DNA of 64,000 nt from Naegleria gruberi (taxonomy: Eukaryota), in assembly GCA_000004985.1 (NCBI GenBank), contig GG738848.1, one strand, 5' to 3'. A program made the translations under genes and the position numbers. Shown one piece after another: positions 21,649 through 32,584 of this stretch (positions are counted from its first letter, which is position 1; every line of letters starts with the position of its first letter). The notes under the pieces are model-generated. The model saw nothing but the letters and a program-made list of their open reading frames with translations, did not search any database and had not been told where the DNA came from.

Positions 21649-22498
21649 TGAAAATGTATCACATTCTATTGAAATTATACTGAAAAAAACTGAAATTTAT
21701 GTACATATTAATTCTTTTTGAAAATTGTGAGATTTTTGTAAACTGTACAAAGAGAAAATACAATTAAAATTCATCATTTTTGGAAAATCAACATCAAACA
21801 CTCAATAATAACTACTCCTATCATCCAAATAATCCATTCTATGGCGCACAATGTCCTCCCTTATAGAGAAACTTGAATTGTGAGTAGAGTTTCTTTCTAC
21901 ATTTTTCCTTCAATAGTTTAAACTCACTCTTCTGCTTGTATTTTCCCAAATAACTATCCTCAGGTGGCCTCGGCCGTTTATTCATGCCCATAATATGTGT
22001 TTGCAACATTTTTTCTTATTAAAAGTAAACAGGTAAAGATAATTCATTGACCATTCTCATTCGTGTATGAATTGAGGAATTTTCCAAATGAATTTTGAGC
22101 GACAAAAAAAATGAATAAAATAATAATGGGCAAACCACATTTGACGCGATTTTAGTTGAGTTTTCAAAGGAGTGTTGATGATTCTTTTGTAGATAGAACA
22201 ATTACTGATGAAACAATTTATTTTCATTCTTTAGAATGTTCCCTTGGCTGTCTTAGGATAATGTGCAGATTGTTCGCTTCTGATTACAAGTTAGATCTAC
22301 TAGATTAGTATTCTTTTGTGTGGATATTTTGCATGATGCAGATTCTGCTCAATTTTACTAATTGATATGGAAGATAGCAAACCTATTTACCTCTCTTTCT
22401 ACTTTAAGAATATTACTTTACTTATAATTTGCTATCATTCCTCATTAACTCAATCAGGGAATGTTTCAATTTCGTTTCGCTTCTCACACAAATTAAAA

Positions 22499-22755
22499 TG
22501 TCAGAAGAACACAATAAGAAGGGTTTCTTTGCCTCCATCACTGATCGTTTCAAAACCACAATGGGATCAGCTCCAAGTACTGAAGAATATGCCAACGATA
22601 ATCAAGATCAAATCTCAAAGGAAAATCCACCAACAATGAAAGATAGAGAGAAATTGGGAGGTGATTTAGTCGAAAGAGTCTATCCAAATACGTTGGGTAA
22701 TATGAGTGGAGATCATGCTGGAAGTGATATTCCTAGAAAGGGAACTGCCTTGTAA
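22499..22755 (+). CDS. Small hydrophilic protein (85 aa, MSEEHNKKGFFASITDRFKTT...), possibly hydrophilin / stress-protein-like.
   Basis: ATG within ORF 22429..22755. Gly/Asp-rich with no hydrophobic segments. ORF 22367..22639 in another frame is less protein-like. Confidence 0.35.
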
Positions 22756-23054
22756 GACATGATTTAATAAAACTTTTTAAGGATTGATCATTGAATAATT
22801 AAATATTATTAATATTTAAGCTTGCTTTAACAATCGGAATTCTTTCATTGAATCATATCTTAATTGTTACAAATCAAAAGTAATTATTTGTTTTTTAAAC
22901 CTTCATCATTGAGTTAATTTCGAGAATGAATATTCAACCAAGCCTAACCAATTAATTGTAACCAAGCAATTAAAATAATTTTTTTTTAATTTAAAAAAAA
23001 TACATCACAGCACCTTTCTGTGTTTTTCATCACAACAAGAAGAAGAAAATCAAC

Positions 23055-23549
23055 ATGTCTGTTTTCGTTGGAAATTTGTCCTTCCAAACTAAATGGTGGT
23101 CATTGAAGGATCACTTTAAACAAATTGGAGAAGTTGTTCACGTTGATATTTTCACTGTAGCTGGTAAGCCACACTTGTCTAGTGGATGTGGACTTGTTCA
23201 ATTCAAAAATCCAGAAGATGTTACAGCTGCCTTGAAGTTGGACAATACTGAATTGGATGGAAGAGTCATCAGAGTTAAACTTGATGAAAAATCAGCAAAA
23301 GGACGTCAAGTTTTTGTTGGTAATTTGAACTTCCGTACCACATCCCAAACTTTGAAGGAAGCCTTTGAACCATTCGGTGAAGTTGAAAAGGCTATTATTG
23401 CTCGTGATCAAAAGCAACCAAATCGTTCTTTGGGTCATGGTATTGTTCGTTTCGCTTCTGCTGAAGCAGCTCAAAAGGCTGTTGCTGAATTGAATAACAA
23501 GGAAGTTGATGGAAGAGTTGTTCTCGTCAAGTTGGATGAAATGTGTTAA
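23055..23549 (+). CDS. RNA-binding protein with two RRM domains (164 aa).
   Basis: Two RNP-1/RNP-2 pairs: VFVGNLSF...CGLVQF and VFVGNLNF...GHGIVRF. Confidence 0.8.
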   Translation: MSVFVGNLSFQTKWWSLKDHFKQIGEVVHVDIFTVAGKPHLSSGCGLVQFKNPEDVTAALKLDNTELDGRVIRVKLDEKSAKGRQVFVGNLNFRTTSQTLKEAFEPFGEVEKAIIARDQKQPNRSLGHGIVRFASAEAAQKAVAELNNKEVDGRVVLVKLDEMC

Positions 23550-23796
23550 AATTATTATTGGACAACTTAGCGATTAGAAAATATTGGTGACAATTTCTTG
23601 ATTTCGAGAGCTTGTATTCTGAACATTATGAAATTTCAGATTTTACCACCAACAATATCAACTATGTGAATGTATTGACAGATCATTGTTTCATTATTTC
23701 GGATTTGATACGCTACAACCAATCTTTAAAAGAATAAACATTATTTTATATTATAATTTTACAATTCGATAAATATTTTAATACAGATTTCTACAA

Positions 23797-25131
23797 TTAT
23801 TGTTCTTCTGGTTGTGGTGGCTTCTTATTCCAGTCGAACTTTTCTCCAGAAATTCTTTCGTGGATAGAGACAATATCTTCAGCACATGATTCATAGTGAG
23901 TAGTAGCATCATAAGACTTTGAAATAAAGACACCATCATTCTTACCATCATCCAATGGAGCAAAAGTATCAAGAATGTAAACAAACTTTTCTTCGATTGG
24001 ATTCAAAATGTCAAGAACAACCTTAACTTCAGCCTCTGGATTTTCAGTTTCAACAGTAGTAGAAACGATAGCAATATACTTTCCGTTTGGAGCAACGTGG
24101 TGAGTGAATGATGTCACACAACAATAAATATCATGCTTACGACCAGTTGATTTTTGTGGGAAGATAATTTGGACAGACTTGGCATCACCAGTACTCTTAA
24201 CTGGATGGGAAAGGATACAAATTACACGAATAACTTTACCAGTCTTACGGACCTTATCTTGGAAGTAGCTTGGATCACCAACAACCATCTTGGCCTTGGC
24301 AACTTGACCTTCAGATTCAACACCAATGACACGTCCACTTTCATCATAGAGAACCTTATCAACTGGCTTGTCTAACATATAAGTACCACCATAAACAGCA
24401 CACAAACGAGCAAAAACTTGTGGTAATTCACCCAAACCATACATTGGATAAACGTATGGTGATTTTCCGTACATGTTAAGTGATTCTTCATAGAGCTTCA
24501 TTCTTTCAATGACTTGAATAGCTGGAACAGTAGTCATATATGAATCGTCAGTGTACAATGCAACAGCATGTCCCAAAAAGTCAGTAGTATCATCAGAAAC
24601 ACCAAAATACTTAAAGACCTTATCAATAGAATCCTTTGAACAGTCAAATCCTTGATGAGTCTTTGGATTGGTTTGTTCATAGTCATACAAGTAAGATAAA
24701 AGCTTCTTGGCCTTCAACTTTTCAAAGAATCCCAACAAATTACTCTTGGCAACTTCAGTTGGAGTGACTGGAACCTTTTCAATAGCACCCTTGTGATAGA
24801 CAAAACTTCCTTCAACCAAAGCAAATTCCATATTATAACGAGTAACGCCAGTCATTCTGAGGATCTTGACGAGCTTACCGTTAGCCATCAAGAATTTTGG
24901 AATCAAGTCAATGTTATAATCTCTACTTCTACCAAGACTTGTTGGTGGTTTGACGTCCTTTCCTCTAAACTTTTCATACATTTGTTCCAAGTTGAGAGAG
25001 GCAGATTCACCACCATAATAATTGTTACGATCCATGTGGAGAACCTTCTTGCCTGACACAGACAACAAGCCAGAAATAACGCACTCGGTTAAACCTGTAC
25101 CAAGAACAATAACGTCGTATTCTTCATTCAT
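23797..25131 (-). CDS. GDI: Rab GDP-dissociation inhibitor (GDI), single exon, about 444 aa from MNEEYD.
   Basis: MNEEYDVIVLGTGLTECVISGLLSVSGKKVLHMDRNNYYGGESASL is the canonical GDI N-terminus with an FAD/GDI fold across its full length. The track ORF extends upstream to 25209, but a conserved start at 25131 is more likely. Confidence 0.9.
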   Translation of the reverse strand: MNEEYDVIVLGTGLTECVISGLLSVSGKKVLHMDRNNYYGGESASLNLEQMYEKFRGKDVKPPTSLGRSRDYNIDLIPKFLMANGKLVKILRMTGVTRYNMEFALVEGSFVYHKGAIEKVPVTPTEVAKSNLLGFFEKLKAKKLLSYLYDYEQTNPKTHQGFDCSKDSIDKVFKYFGVSDDTTDFLGHAVALYTDDSYMTTVPAIQVIERMKLYEESLNMYGKSPYVYPMYGLGELPQVFARLCAVYGGTYMLDKPVDKVLYDESGRVIGVESEGQVAKAKMVVGDPSYFQDKVRKTGKVIRVICILSHPVKSTGDAKSVQIIFPQKSTGRKHDIYCCVTSFTHHVAPNGKYIAIVSTTVETENPEAEVKVVLDILNPIEEKFVYILDTFAPLDDGKNDGVFISKSYDATTHYESCAEDIVSIHERISGEKFDWNKKPPQPEEQ

Positions 25132-25567
25132 TTTTTTAGATTTTTTAAATTTTGAAAATATAAATTTATTAATAAAAATATAAACGTTGTGATGATGATG
25201 AAAATTCATTCTCCGATCAATGTGCTTTGATCATGATAGAGGAGGTTTGCTTATGGATTGACATTGAGAATTGATGATTGGTCTTTTCACAACATAGTGA
25301 TGGATGGTGGTATTGTTATGGGTTTTTACTTGGGAAGTTGGGTTAAAGCTGGTTGATATATGCCACGTGATGAAGGCGAGAAGATCTTTTGTAAAGTAAT
25401 GTTGGATTCAACAACAATCTCTTAGTTCAATGGTTGGGAGAACATGAATGGAATGATTGAGGAGATGAAATTTCAAAAGATTTCCAAGTTTATTATTCAC
25501 ATATTTACGGAATGGTCAAATAGTCCAAAGAGTATTACTATTACATTGAGTTAATGATACAGGTTTT

Positions 25568-25966
25568 TTACAATTCAGAGAAAGCTTGATCCATGACAGC
25601 TAAAGCAAATTCAACATCAGCCTTGGTAATATTCATAGGTGGCTTAATTCTGAAAACATTTCCGTACAATCCACCCTTACCCAACAACAAACCTAATTCC
25701 TTACTTCTTTCGAAAACTTTGGCAGTTTCTTCCTTAGCTGGTTCCAAAGTGGTTCTATCCTTGACGAGTTCCATACCTAACATTAAACCCTTTCCTCTAA
25801 CATCACCAATGATTGGATACTTTTGTTGGAGTTTCTTCATTCCTTCCAATAAGAGATTACCCATTTCCAATGAATTTTTTTGTAAACCTTCCTTGTCAAT
25901 GACACGAAGGACAGCACGACCAATGGCAGATGAAACTGGATTACCACCATAAGTATTGAAGTGAAT
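25568..25966 (-). CDS. Alanine-glyoxylate aminotransferase 2 (AGXT2)-like class-III PLP aminotransferase, exon 3 (C-terminal).
   Basis: IHFNTYGGNPVSSAIGRAVLRVIDKEGLQKNS...GDVRGKGLMLGMELV matches AGXT2 (QHFNTFGGNP...GDVRGKGLMIGIEMV). The acceptor lies after a 102-nt intron (25967..26068). Confidence 0.85.
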   Translation of the reverse strand: MHFNTYGGNPVSSAIGRAVLRVIDKEGLQKNSLEMGNLLLEGMKKLQQKYPIIGDVRGKGLMLGMELVKDRTTLEPAKEETAKVFERSKELGLLLGKGGLYGNVFRIKPPMNITKADVEFALAVMDQAFSEL

Positions 25967-26068
25967 CTGTGAGTGTGGTGAAATTAACAATTACAAATAT
26001 GTGAAAATGCACATAAGATATAGAGTGTGAAATAATGTTAAAAAAGAAAACAATCAAATCAAACATAC

Positions 26069-26802
26069 CTTTGAAGCAACAGTCTTGGCAATTTCTGGAG
26101 TAGTAACAACAGCAGCCAATGGAGCACCATTACCAATACCTTTAGCCATTGAAACAATATCAGGCATAACTCCTTCAGCTTCAAATCCCCAGTAATGAGT
26201 ACCAGTTCTACCAAAACCAGTTTGAACTTCATCAGCAATGCAAACACCACCATGCTTTCTGACAGTTTCGTATACCTTCTTCAAATATCCCTTTGGCATT
26301 TCAACACTGCCACCAACACCTTGAATAGGTTCACTGATCCAACCAGCAACAACACCTGGAGTACATTGTTCGATAACATTTTGGACATCCCAATGGTACT
26401 TATCGGCAGCCTTTGGATCATCACTACGGAATGGACCACGGTAGAGATTTGGAGCCAAAACGTGCTTGATACCATCACCTTGTGAAACTGGGAATTTCCA
26501 AGTTGACAATGAGGTAACACCCATAGTACCATAAGACATACCATGGTAACAGTTACGCAAAGCCAAGATGTCTGTATTCTTGGTGTAGAGTCTAGCCATC
26601 AACAAGGCCAAATCGTTTGCTTCACTACCAGAGTTTACAAAGTAAGTGACCTTCAAATTGCCAGGCATCTTGTCAGCCAATTCCTTACCAAACTCAGCAA
26701 TTTGTGGATTGTAATAAATATTAGTAATGTGCATTAACTTTTTCATTTGTTCAGTACCAGCCTTGACAATTTCATCATGACAATGTCCAACAGAAATTGT
26801 AA
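26069..26802 (-). CDS. AGXT2-like aminotransferase, exon 2.
   Basis: (V)[24 protein letters not shown]...[18 protein letters not shown]...[18 protein letters not shown]...[10 protein letters not shown] carries class-III aminotransferase hallmarks, including the PLP-Lys region SMAKGIGNG. Donor AAG|GTATGT. Confidence 0.85.
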
Positions 26803-26976
26803 CTGGATTAATTTGATGTCATCACGAAATTAAGAATTTAATCAAATTTTTGCATTTTTTGCAATCATCAAAAATTAATGATGAATTTTCCAATATTTGA
26901 TCAAATTGATCAAAATATTAAAAGGAATGATTAGGAATTGTAATTATTATTAAACAATTGAATGATGATTACTTAC

Positions 26977-27289
26977 CAATACCACCGAAAAAGTCCAAAT
27001 ATCTCTTTCCCTTATCATCAAAGACATATTGCTTCTTTCCTTCAACAATCATGATTGGTTTTTGATAATAAGTCAAGAGACCAGGTGTGAGGTAGGTCTT
27101 TCTCAATCTTTCAACTTCTTCAAAGGAAGGACCAGTATATGGTTGTGGCTTGTGATCACATGGTGGAAGAGTTGGTGCCAAATTGACATTGCTTTGAGTG
27201 CTAAATGATCTACTGCTACTAGTGGTAGTGGCAGAGTTGATCAATCTCAAGCTAGCTTTAGATTTTTTACAAACGTTTCTGGATAACAT
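26977..27289 (-). CDS. AGXT2-like aminotransferase, exon 1, with a mitochondrial-type presequence.
   Basis: MLSRNVCKKSKASLRLINSATTTSSSRSFS presequence, then PPCDHKPQPY...YLDFFGGI matching AGXT2 (PPCDF.P..Y...YLDFFSGI). The donor G|GTAAGT at 26976 gives a phase-1 join to exon 2. Confidence 0.8.
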
Positions 27290-27663
27290 TTTCTTTTGGA
27301 TTGATGTGTAGTTGTTTTTTTAAAGTGAAATAATAATAGGCACAAATACTGCAAGCTGTTTGCTGCTGTTGGAGAACTTGCATTTCACACACAACTGTTT
27401 CTGCATGACGAGTGTTGCGTCAACCTGAGAGATTGATGATGGGTCGGTTTTTGTAAACTGTAGTGCAAAAAGCAAGCAAGGCTTTAAAAGGCCATCTTGT
27501 AAAGGAGAGATTTGTGATTGCGATCTTCATGAACCATTCTAGATTCGTAGATCATTAGGTTTTTTTACTGTAGTGTGGAAATGTGGTGGTATGATCTCCA
27601 GATTAACTGTGATCGGAACTGTATGATGATCGCAATGTTCCAACAATTTGATCTCCATATTCA

Positions 27664-28659
27664 TTAATTAGATACTAAATGTTGATCTACAAGTTCGTAT
27701 TCAATATCGTCATCATATTCATCTTCGTCATTAGTTCCATCAAAATCATTTTCCTCATCAGAGCCACTGCTATCCAAGTCATCTTCAATCGTGTGAATGA
27801 AATGAAATGCATTGGGGAGAGATGCTATCAAAAGGTTCAAAACTGTGCTAGTAGAAAACATTTTGTAAATGTTCTTTCCAACCTTTGATTCAGTAATTCC
27901 AATAATTTCCTTAAATTTCTTAACTGCTACAGGTTTTGGATAGTTTTGTTCATTCACTAGTTCGATAGCTTCTCCATTGTGAAAAGCCATAAGATTGTGG
28001 GAATGATAGCTAATCTCACAACACTTTATCAATACATTGTCAATATAAAATTGACAATCCTTAGTTTCATTTGTGAGAGAAACAGAAACTCCACTAGCAA
28101 ACAATGTTGGCGAATGATAACTCACTCTATTTAGCAAGTATTTCCAAATAGCTTTCCTGTAAGGCTCTCGATATTGATTGACAATTTTCCTCCAATCCTC
28201 TAGTTTCGAATCTCTAATTTGCTTTACTTCAATCAATTTTGAAACATTCGACAGTTTGGTGCTAAAAACATTAATTCTATTCCTATTTTCACGAAATACA
28301 ATACTCGATTCTTCTCTCTTGATTAATAAATCCAACTCTCGGTTCAATCTGTATTCAATAAATAATTCATGATGATTCAAAACCTCTCGGAATGCAGAGC
28401 ATGTTGATATGAAAGAGAATCCATCTTTAATATGCAAAAGATAGTCAATTATTAATGATACTATTTCTTTTGGAAGATCATTGAGTAATATTGTAGGATT
28501 ATAGATTGTAGAATTATCTTCGTCATCATTGGTTATCGGAACTGATTTGTCGAGTGCAAAATCAAACTCTTCTGGTCGAAATCTCTTCATTTTTTTCAAA
28601 TGGTCAATTACAAGATAATTATCGGAATTGATGACGACCTCATCATAATTAATTTTCAA
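27664..28659 (-). CDS. F-box domain protein with an acidic C-terminal tail (331 aa).
   Basis: LLNDLPKEIVSLIIDYLLHIKDGFSFISTCSAFREVL is F-box-like. The C-terminus is DEENDFDGTNDEDEYDDDIEYE. Confidence 0.55.
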   Translation of the reverse strand: MKINYDEVVINSDNYLVIDHLKKMKRFRPEEFDFALDKSVPITNDDEDNSTIYNPTILLNDLPKEIVSLIIDYLLHIKDGFSFISTCSAFREVLNHHELFIEYRLNRELDLLIKREESSIVFRENRNRINVFSTKLSNVSKLIEVKQIRDSKLEDWRKIVNQYREPYRKAIWKYLLNRVSYHSPTLFASGVSVSLTNETKDCQFYIDNVLIKCCEISYHSHNLMAFHNGEAIELVNEQNYPKPVAVKKFKEIIGITESKVGKNIYKMFSTSTVLNLLIASLPNAFHFIHTIEDDLDSSGSDEENDFDGTNDEDEYDDDIEYELVDQHLVSN

Positions 28660-29064
28660 TAATATTGAATATTGTCAATATTCCTTAATCTAATTCTCTA
28701 TTTTTTTAACTATTTTAAAAATTACAATTGAATCACTTCTTTACCAACATATATTATATATATGGGTGCCATTAAAGTGCTATTAAACCACAACAACAGT
28801 ATACCGTCTCATAAGGAGCTTAATATCATGAAAGTGGTGGTCAGAAAATATACTGCAGTGCACACTATTTTTTATTGTGCACTCTCGCAACAAAAATCCT
28901 TGCTTAAAAAAAAACATCCTCCCACCATGTAAATCTCTTAATGATTTTTTTCATTGTTCAAAATTTCTCCTCATCAAATTGCAAAACTCTGTGCGGGCAT
29001 CACAATAAATGGTTGATTTCTTGGAAGATGTGATGATTAATGAACGGAAATAAAATAGCAGAAA

Positions 29065-29220
29065 ATGATTGGAGAAAAGACCATGAAGGCAATGATTATT
29101 GAGGATTATTGCGATAGTCCTGATTTTAAATGTGTTGATATGGAAATTCCTCACAAATTGGAAAAGAATGAAGTGTTGGTGAGAATGGAAGCTGCCTCAG
29201 TTAATCCAATTGATTATAAG
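29065..29220 (+). CDS. MDR-superfamily zinc-type alcohol dehydrogenase / quinone oxidoreductase-like protein, exon 1.
   Basis: MKAMIIEDY...EVLVRMEAASVNPIDYK, followed by a GTTTGT donor. Confidence 0.7.
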
Positions 29221-29288
29221 GTTTGTTATTTGCCTATAATTAATGATTTTAATGCTGAAACGCTTTCCATCCTTAATAACCTATCAAG

Positions 29289-30344
29289 ATGAGAAATGGT
29301 AAAATGAAAATGATGAAACGTTTGACCTTTCCAGCAGTACTAGGACGTGATGGGTCAGGAGTAGTAGAAAAGATTGGTAGTTCTGTAAAGAACTTCAAGG
29401 TTGGAGATTCTGTTGCAGGTTTCTTTGCTAAAAATCATGGTACCTATGCTGAGTATGCAGTTTTTGAGGAGGATGAAATTGTGACCTATCCAAAAGATGT
29501 CATGACTCCTGAAGAAGCAAGCGCCTTCCCATTAGTTGGATGTACAGTTCTGGAAATGATGAGAAAACATCCACTTGTTGGTGAAGTTTTGGATAGAGAA
29601 GCAGAGAGTTCATTCAAAACTAACGTAATTTCTGAACCAAGAAAAGATGTGAAGAACTTAAAGGTGTTGGTTGTGGGCGCTAGTGGTGGAACTGGACAAG
29701 TTGCCTGTATTATAGCCAAGCAATTCCTTTCTAGATATTTTAATGTTAAGGTTTATGCAGTTTGTTCGGAGAAGAATGCAGAGCTAGTTAGAAAAGTTGG
29801 TGCAGATGTTGTAATTGACTATAACAAGACTTCAGCCAAAGCAGGTGCTCACACAACCCATTCCAAAGGAGGTTTGGCAGATAGTATGAAGAGTATTTGT
29901 CAAGTTATTAGAGATGAGCATCATGACGATTATGTTGATTTGGTTCTCGATTGTGTCGGTGGATATTACTACTACAATGATGTGCATCAACATTTTGATT
30001 GTAGAAGGGCAGAGAATGGAGTTGTTTACTCTACTATTTCAGCACCAAATCCAAATGATTATGAACTAACATTTGGATCTCTTTTAAATATGGGAAGTTA
30101 TATTGCTACGAACAAATTGAGATCATTATCATCATCCTCACCATCATTCTATCAAATCTTTGTAAAGAAGAATACTAGAGATTTGCATTTATTGATGAAT
30201 AACATTGTAACGAGAGAAAATGCTCACAAGAATTTACCACTTTTACAATATCCATTGAGTAATTTAAAAGAAGCTCATTTGCAAATGGAATCACAGAGAA
30301 CTGTTGGCAAGATTATTCTGAATATTGCCAAGAGAATGAAATAA
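29289..30344 (+). CDS. MDR-superfamily dehydrogenase / quinone oxidoreductase-like protein, exon 2, after a 68-nt intron (29221..29288).
   Basis: The phase-0 join gives NPIDYK|MRNGKMK...FPAVLGRDGSGVVEKIGSSV.NFKVGDSV and a Rossmann motif VLVVGASGGTGQVACIIAK, typical of the QOR / RTN4IP1-like family. Confidence 0.75.
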   Translation: MRNGKMKMMKRLTFPAVLGRDGSGVVEKIGSSVKNFKVGDSVAGFFAKNHGTYAEYAVFEEDEIVTYPKDVMTPEEASAFPLVGCTVLEMMRKHPLVGEVLDREAESSFKTNVISEPRKDVKNLKVLVVGASGGTGQVACIIAKQFLSRYFNVKVYAVCSEKNAELVRKVGADVVIDYNKTSAKAGAHTTHSKGGLADSMKSICQVIRDEHHDDYVDLVLDCVGGYYYYNDVHQHFDCRRAENGVVYSTISAPNPNDYELTFGSLLNMGSYIATNKLRSLSSSSPSFYQIFVKKNTRDLHLLMNNIVTRENAHKNLPLLQYPLSNLKEAHLQMESQRTVGKIILNIAKRMK

Positions 30345-30387
30345 TTGAACTTTAGTGCAAATTCGAATTGTAAATTAGAAATAAAAA

Positions 30388-31095
30388 ATGTCTCAACAAT
30401 GGAACCTTTCACATTTGCCTCTTGAAACTTTACACCTGATCGGAAAGTTTTCACAAGATTCTGAAGAATATTGGTATAATTTATCCCTCGTCAATAAACA
30501 ATTCACAGCATTACATATACAATATTCAGTTTCAAGAAGTTTGAAAAAATTGAATTTACAAATGAGGAGTCTTTTGGCAAATGCTGAGGTTTCTGATTAT
30601 GATAAAGAAATTACAATTTCACAAATTGGTAATCTTGAAAAGGAATGCGCTGAAATTCACTCAATGAATTTACTGAATATGGAACAGAGTGATTACATTA
30701 ACTTTTTGAAAATATGTTATCCTGAGTGTGAAATTTTGAAAGAAACTGGAAGAAAGATTGTAGTGGATGAGCGTTCAAAGGAACATGTCGAATCACTATT
30801 GAACAACTCTATTCGAATGATCATCAAACCGAGTGAATACTATGAGTATATGAACTATTCATTCTATTTTAGAAGTGAAAAGTTTACAGCAAGTGGAAAC
30901 TCATTTACTTGTGGAAAGATCTTTGCCAAATGTTATGGACGTTCATTTATGGATCTAGCTCAAATTAATAGAGATCTTTCGTTTACACAGACCGAAACAA
31001 GTGCTGATAGAATAATGTATTGTAATACTAATGGAGTAGGATTAACTATAGAACTCAATTTAATTCTTGCTATTGAAAAAGAAGGAATCCAATAA
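30388..31095 (+). CDS. Hypothetical protein (235 aa) with an F-box-like N-terminus.
   Basis: The ORF begins LSHLPLETLHLIGKFSQDSEEYWYNLSLVNKQF, which is weakly F-box-like. Confidence 0.45.
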   Translation: MSQQWNLSHLPLETLHLIGKFSQDSEEYWYNLSLVNKQFTALHIQYSVSRSLKKLNLQMRSLLANAEVSDYDKEITISQIGNLEKECAEIHSMNLLNMEQSDYINFLKICYPECEILKETGRKIVVDERSKEHVESLLNNSIRMIIKPSEYYEYMNYSFYFRSEKFTASGNSFTCGKIFAKCYGRSFMDLAQINRDLSFTQTETSADRIMYCNTNGVGLTIELNLILAIEKEGIQ

Positions 31096-31117
31096 AGAAC
31101 AAGTTTCGAATTTATTA

Positions 31118-32053
31118 TTAACAAGTACAACTATCTACATTATTAGTATTGGATGGTGCAGGAGTTGGAGGTGTTACCACACTTCCGCCGCCGCCATTCA
31201 TCTCAATATCAGTCGTATATCCCTTAATCCATGAAGTATAACTTGTAACATTCATAGAAACACCAACATTTGCACCATTTCCACATGTTGAGCTGCCATG
31301 ACTTATAATACCAACCAAGACTGGAGTGGTTGCTCCTGAAGGAGTATAAAACACTGGACTACCACCATCTCCAGAACACAAATCAATATTTTGAGAATTG
31401 GGTCCACTGACACACATTTGAGTTGGTGCTGAAATTGAAAGTTGTTTCTGAGTGCAAGTTGAAGCACTTTGGAGAGTCAATTGAGCTTTTTGAAGCGTAT
31501 TAGTATTGGATGTTGTTGAAGAAGTAGCTCCCCATCCAGCAACTGTCAATGGTGATTGATTGGCGACAGTATTTCCTTCCAATGCAAATCTCTTAACTTT
31601 GGTTGCTTGTGTGGTGATTGGAAAATCTTGAGAAACTTGAACCAAAGCAATATCATTTTCAATGGTGTAAACACTGAAATTTGGATGAGCAACAACTTGT
31701 GAAACAGTTCTCACAATGCATCTTCCAGTTGTGTCTTTGTAACAATTATTATTTGATGTGCCAGCAAAAATTATTAATTTGGAAAGGTCAATTCCTTTAA
31801 CACAATGAGCAGCTGTCAAGAACCATCTTGAATTGATAATTGAACCTCCACAGAAGTGTGAAGGAACTGAATTTGAATCTGTTTGATATTGAATGGAGAC
31901 AACACCTGGAATTTCATTCTCACTTGCAGTTGAGCCACCAGACAGTTGGATAGCACAATGAATATAAGTAGTGGTCAAAAGAATGACCAATAAAAGTGTG
32001 GAGCAAATGATTCTTTTCATGTTTCTTGTGTTTTTTTTCTTGATTGTTTTCAA
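31118..32053 (-). CDS. Secreted trypsin-like (S1) serine protease homolog whose catalytic-Ser motif reads GDGGSP instead of GDSGGP, so it is probably a pseudo-protease. C-terminal Gly/Thr/Pro-rich tail with Cys.
   Basis: Signal peptide, CGGSIINSRWFLTAAHC (His57 region), and DIAL (Asp102 region). Reading the DNA confirms LCSGDGGSPVF. Confidence 0.75.
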   Translation of the reverse strand: MKTIKKKNTRNMKRIICSTLLLVILLTTTYIHCAIQLSGGSTASENEIPGVVSIQYQTDSNSVPSHFCGGSIINSRWFLTAAHCVKGIDLSKLIIFAGTSNNNCYKDTTGRCIVRTVSQVVAHPNFSVYTIENDIALVQVSQDFPITTQATKVKRFALEGNTVANQSPLTVAGWGATSSTTSNTNTLQKAQLTLQSASTCTQKQLSISAPTQMCVSGPNSQNIDLCSGDGGSPVFYTPSGATTPVLVGIISHGSSTCGNGANVGVSMNVTSYTSWIKGYTTDIEMNGGGGSVVTPPTPAPSNTNNVDSCTC

Positions 32054-32584
32054 AATTGCCTAGCTAATGATTCATCTATTTAAGGAAATTAGATTATCTT
32101 CCTTAATTGGAAGAGATAGTTAAGAAAAAGTGAATAGATATTATTACCCATGAATCCATGAATCAGTACATTGTATCTATCAACAGTAGATTACATGCTA
32201 AATGTTCGAAATTTGCAAAATTTTCACAATTTCATCGTTTTCATTTGCTAATTGAGTAATTTTCCATCTCAGAGTTGAGTTCAATGGTAAAGATATCTAT
32301 TTTGCATAATTTTCAAGATTCACTGTAGTTGCTCTTAATTTAATTCTTTTCAAATGTAACTTGAAGTATCTCTGTTGACTTTCGAATAACAATTTAACAT
32401 TACAATTTGAAACTGTAAATTCTTCCAATCTACAAAGTTGAAAATGCTGAACTCTGGGGCAGTACCTAACTACAGCGCTATTCGTACGAATGTTTGAATT
32501 TTATTGGCAAGCATCGCACAATATTAGTACAGCCCCTCTTCCTGAAAGAGAAAACTAAAGTTTCGAATATTACCACGCAAAAAA

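Noticed and set aside
25131-25209. N-terminal extension of the Rab GDI ORF (MNFHHHHNVYIFINKFIFSKFKKSKK).
   Set aside because: The conserved GDI N-terminus begins exactly at MNEEYDVIVLG. The upstream in-frame AT-rich stretch is more likely 5' UTR.
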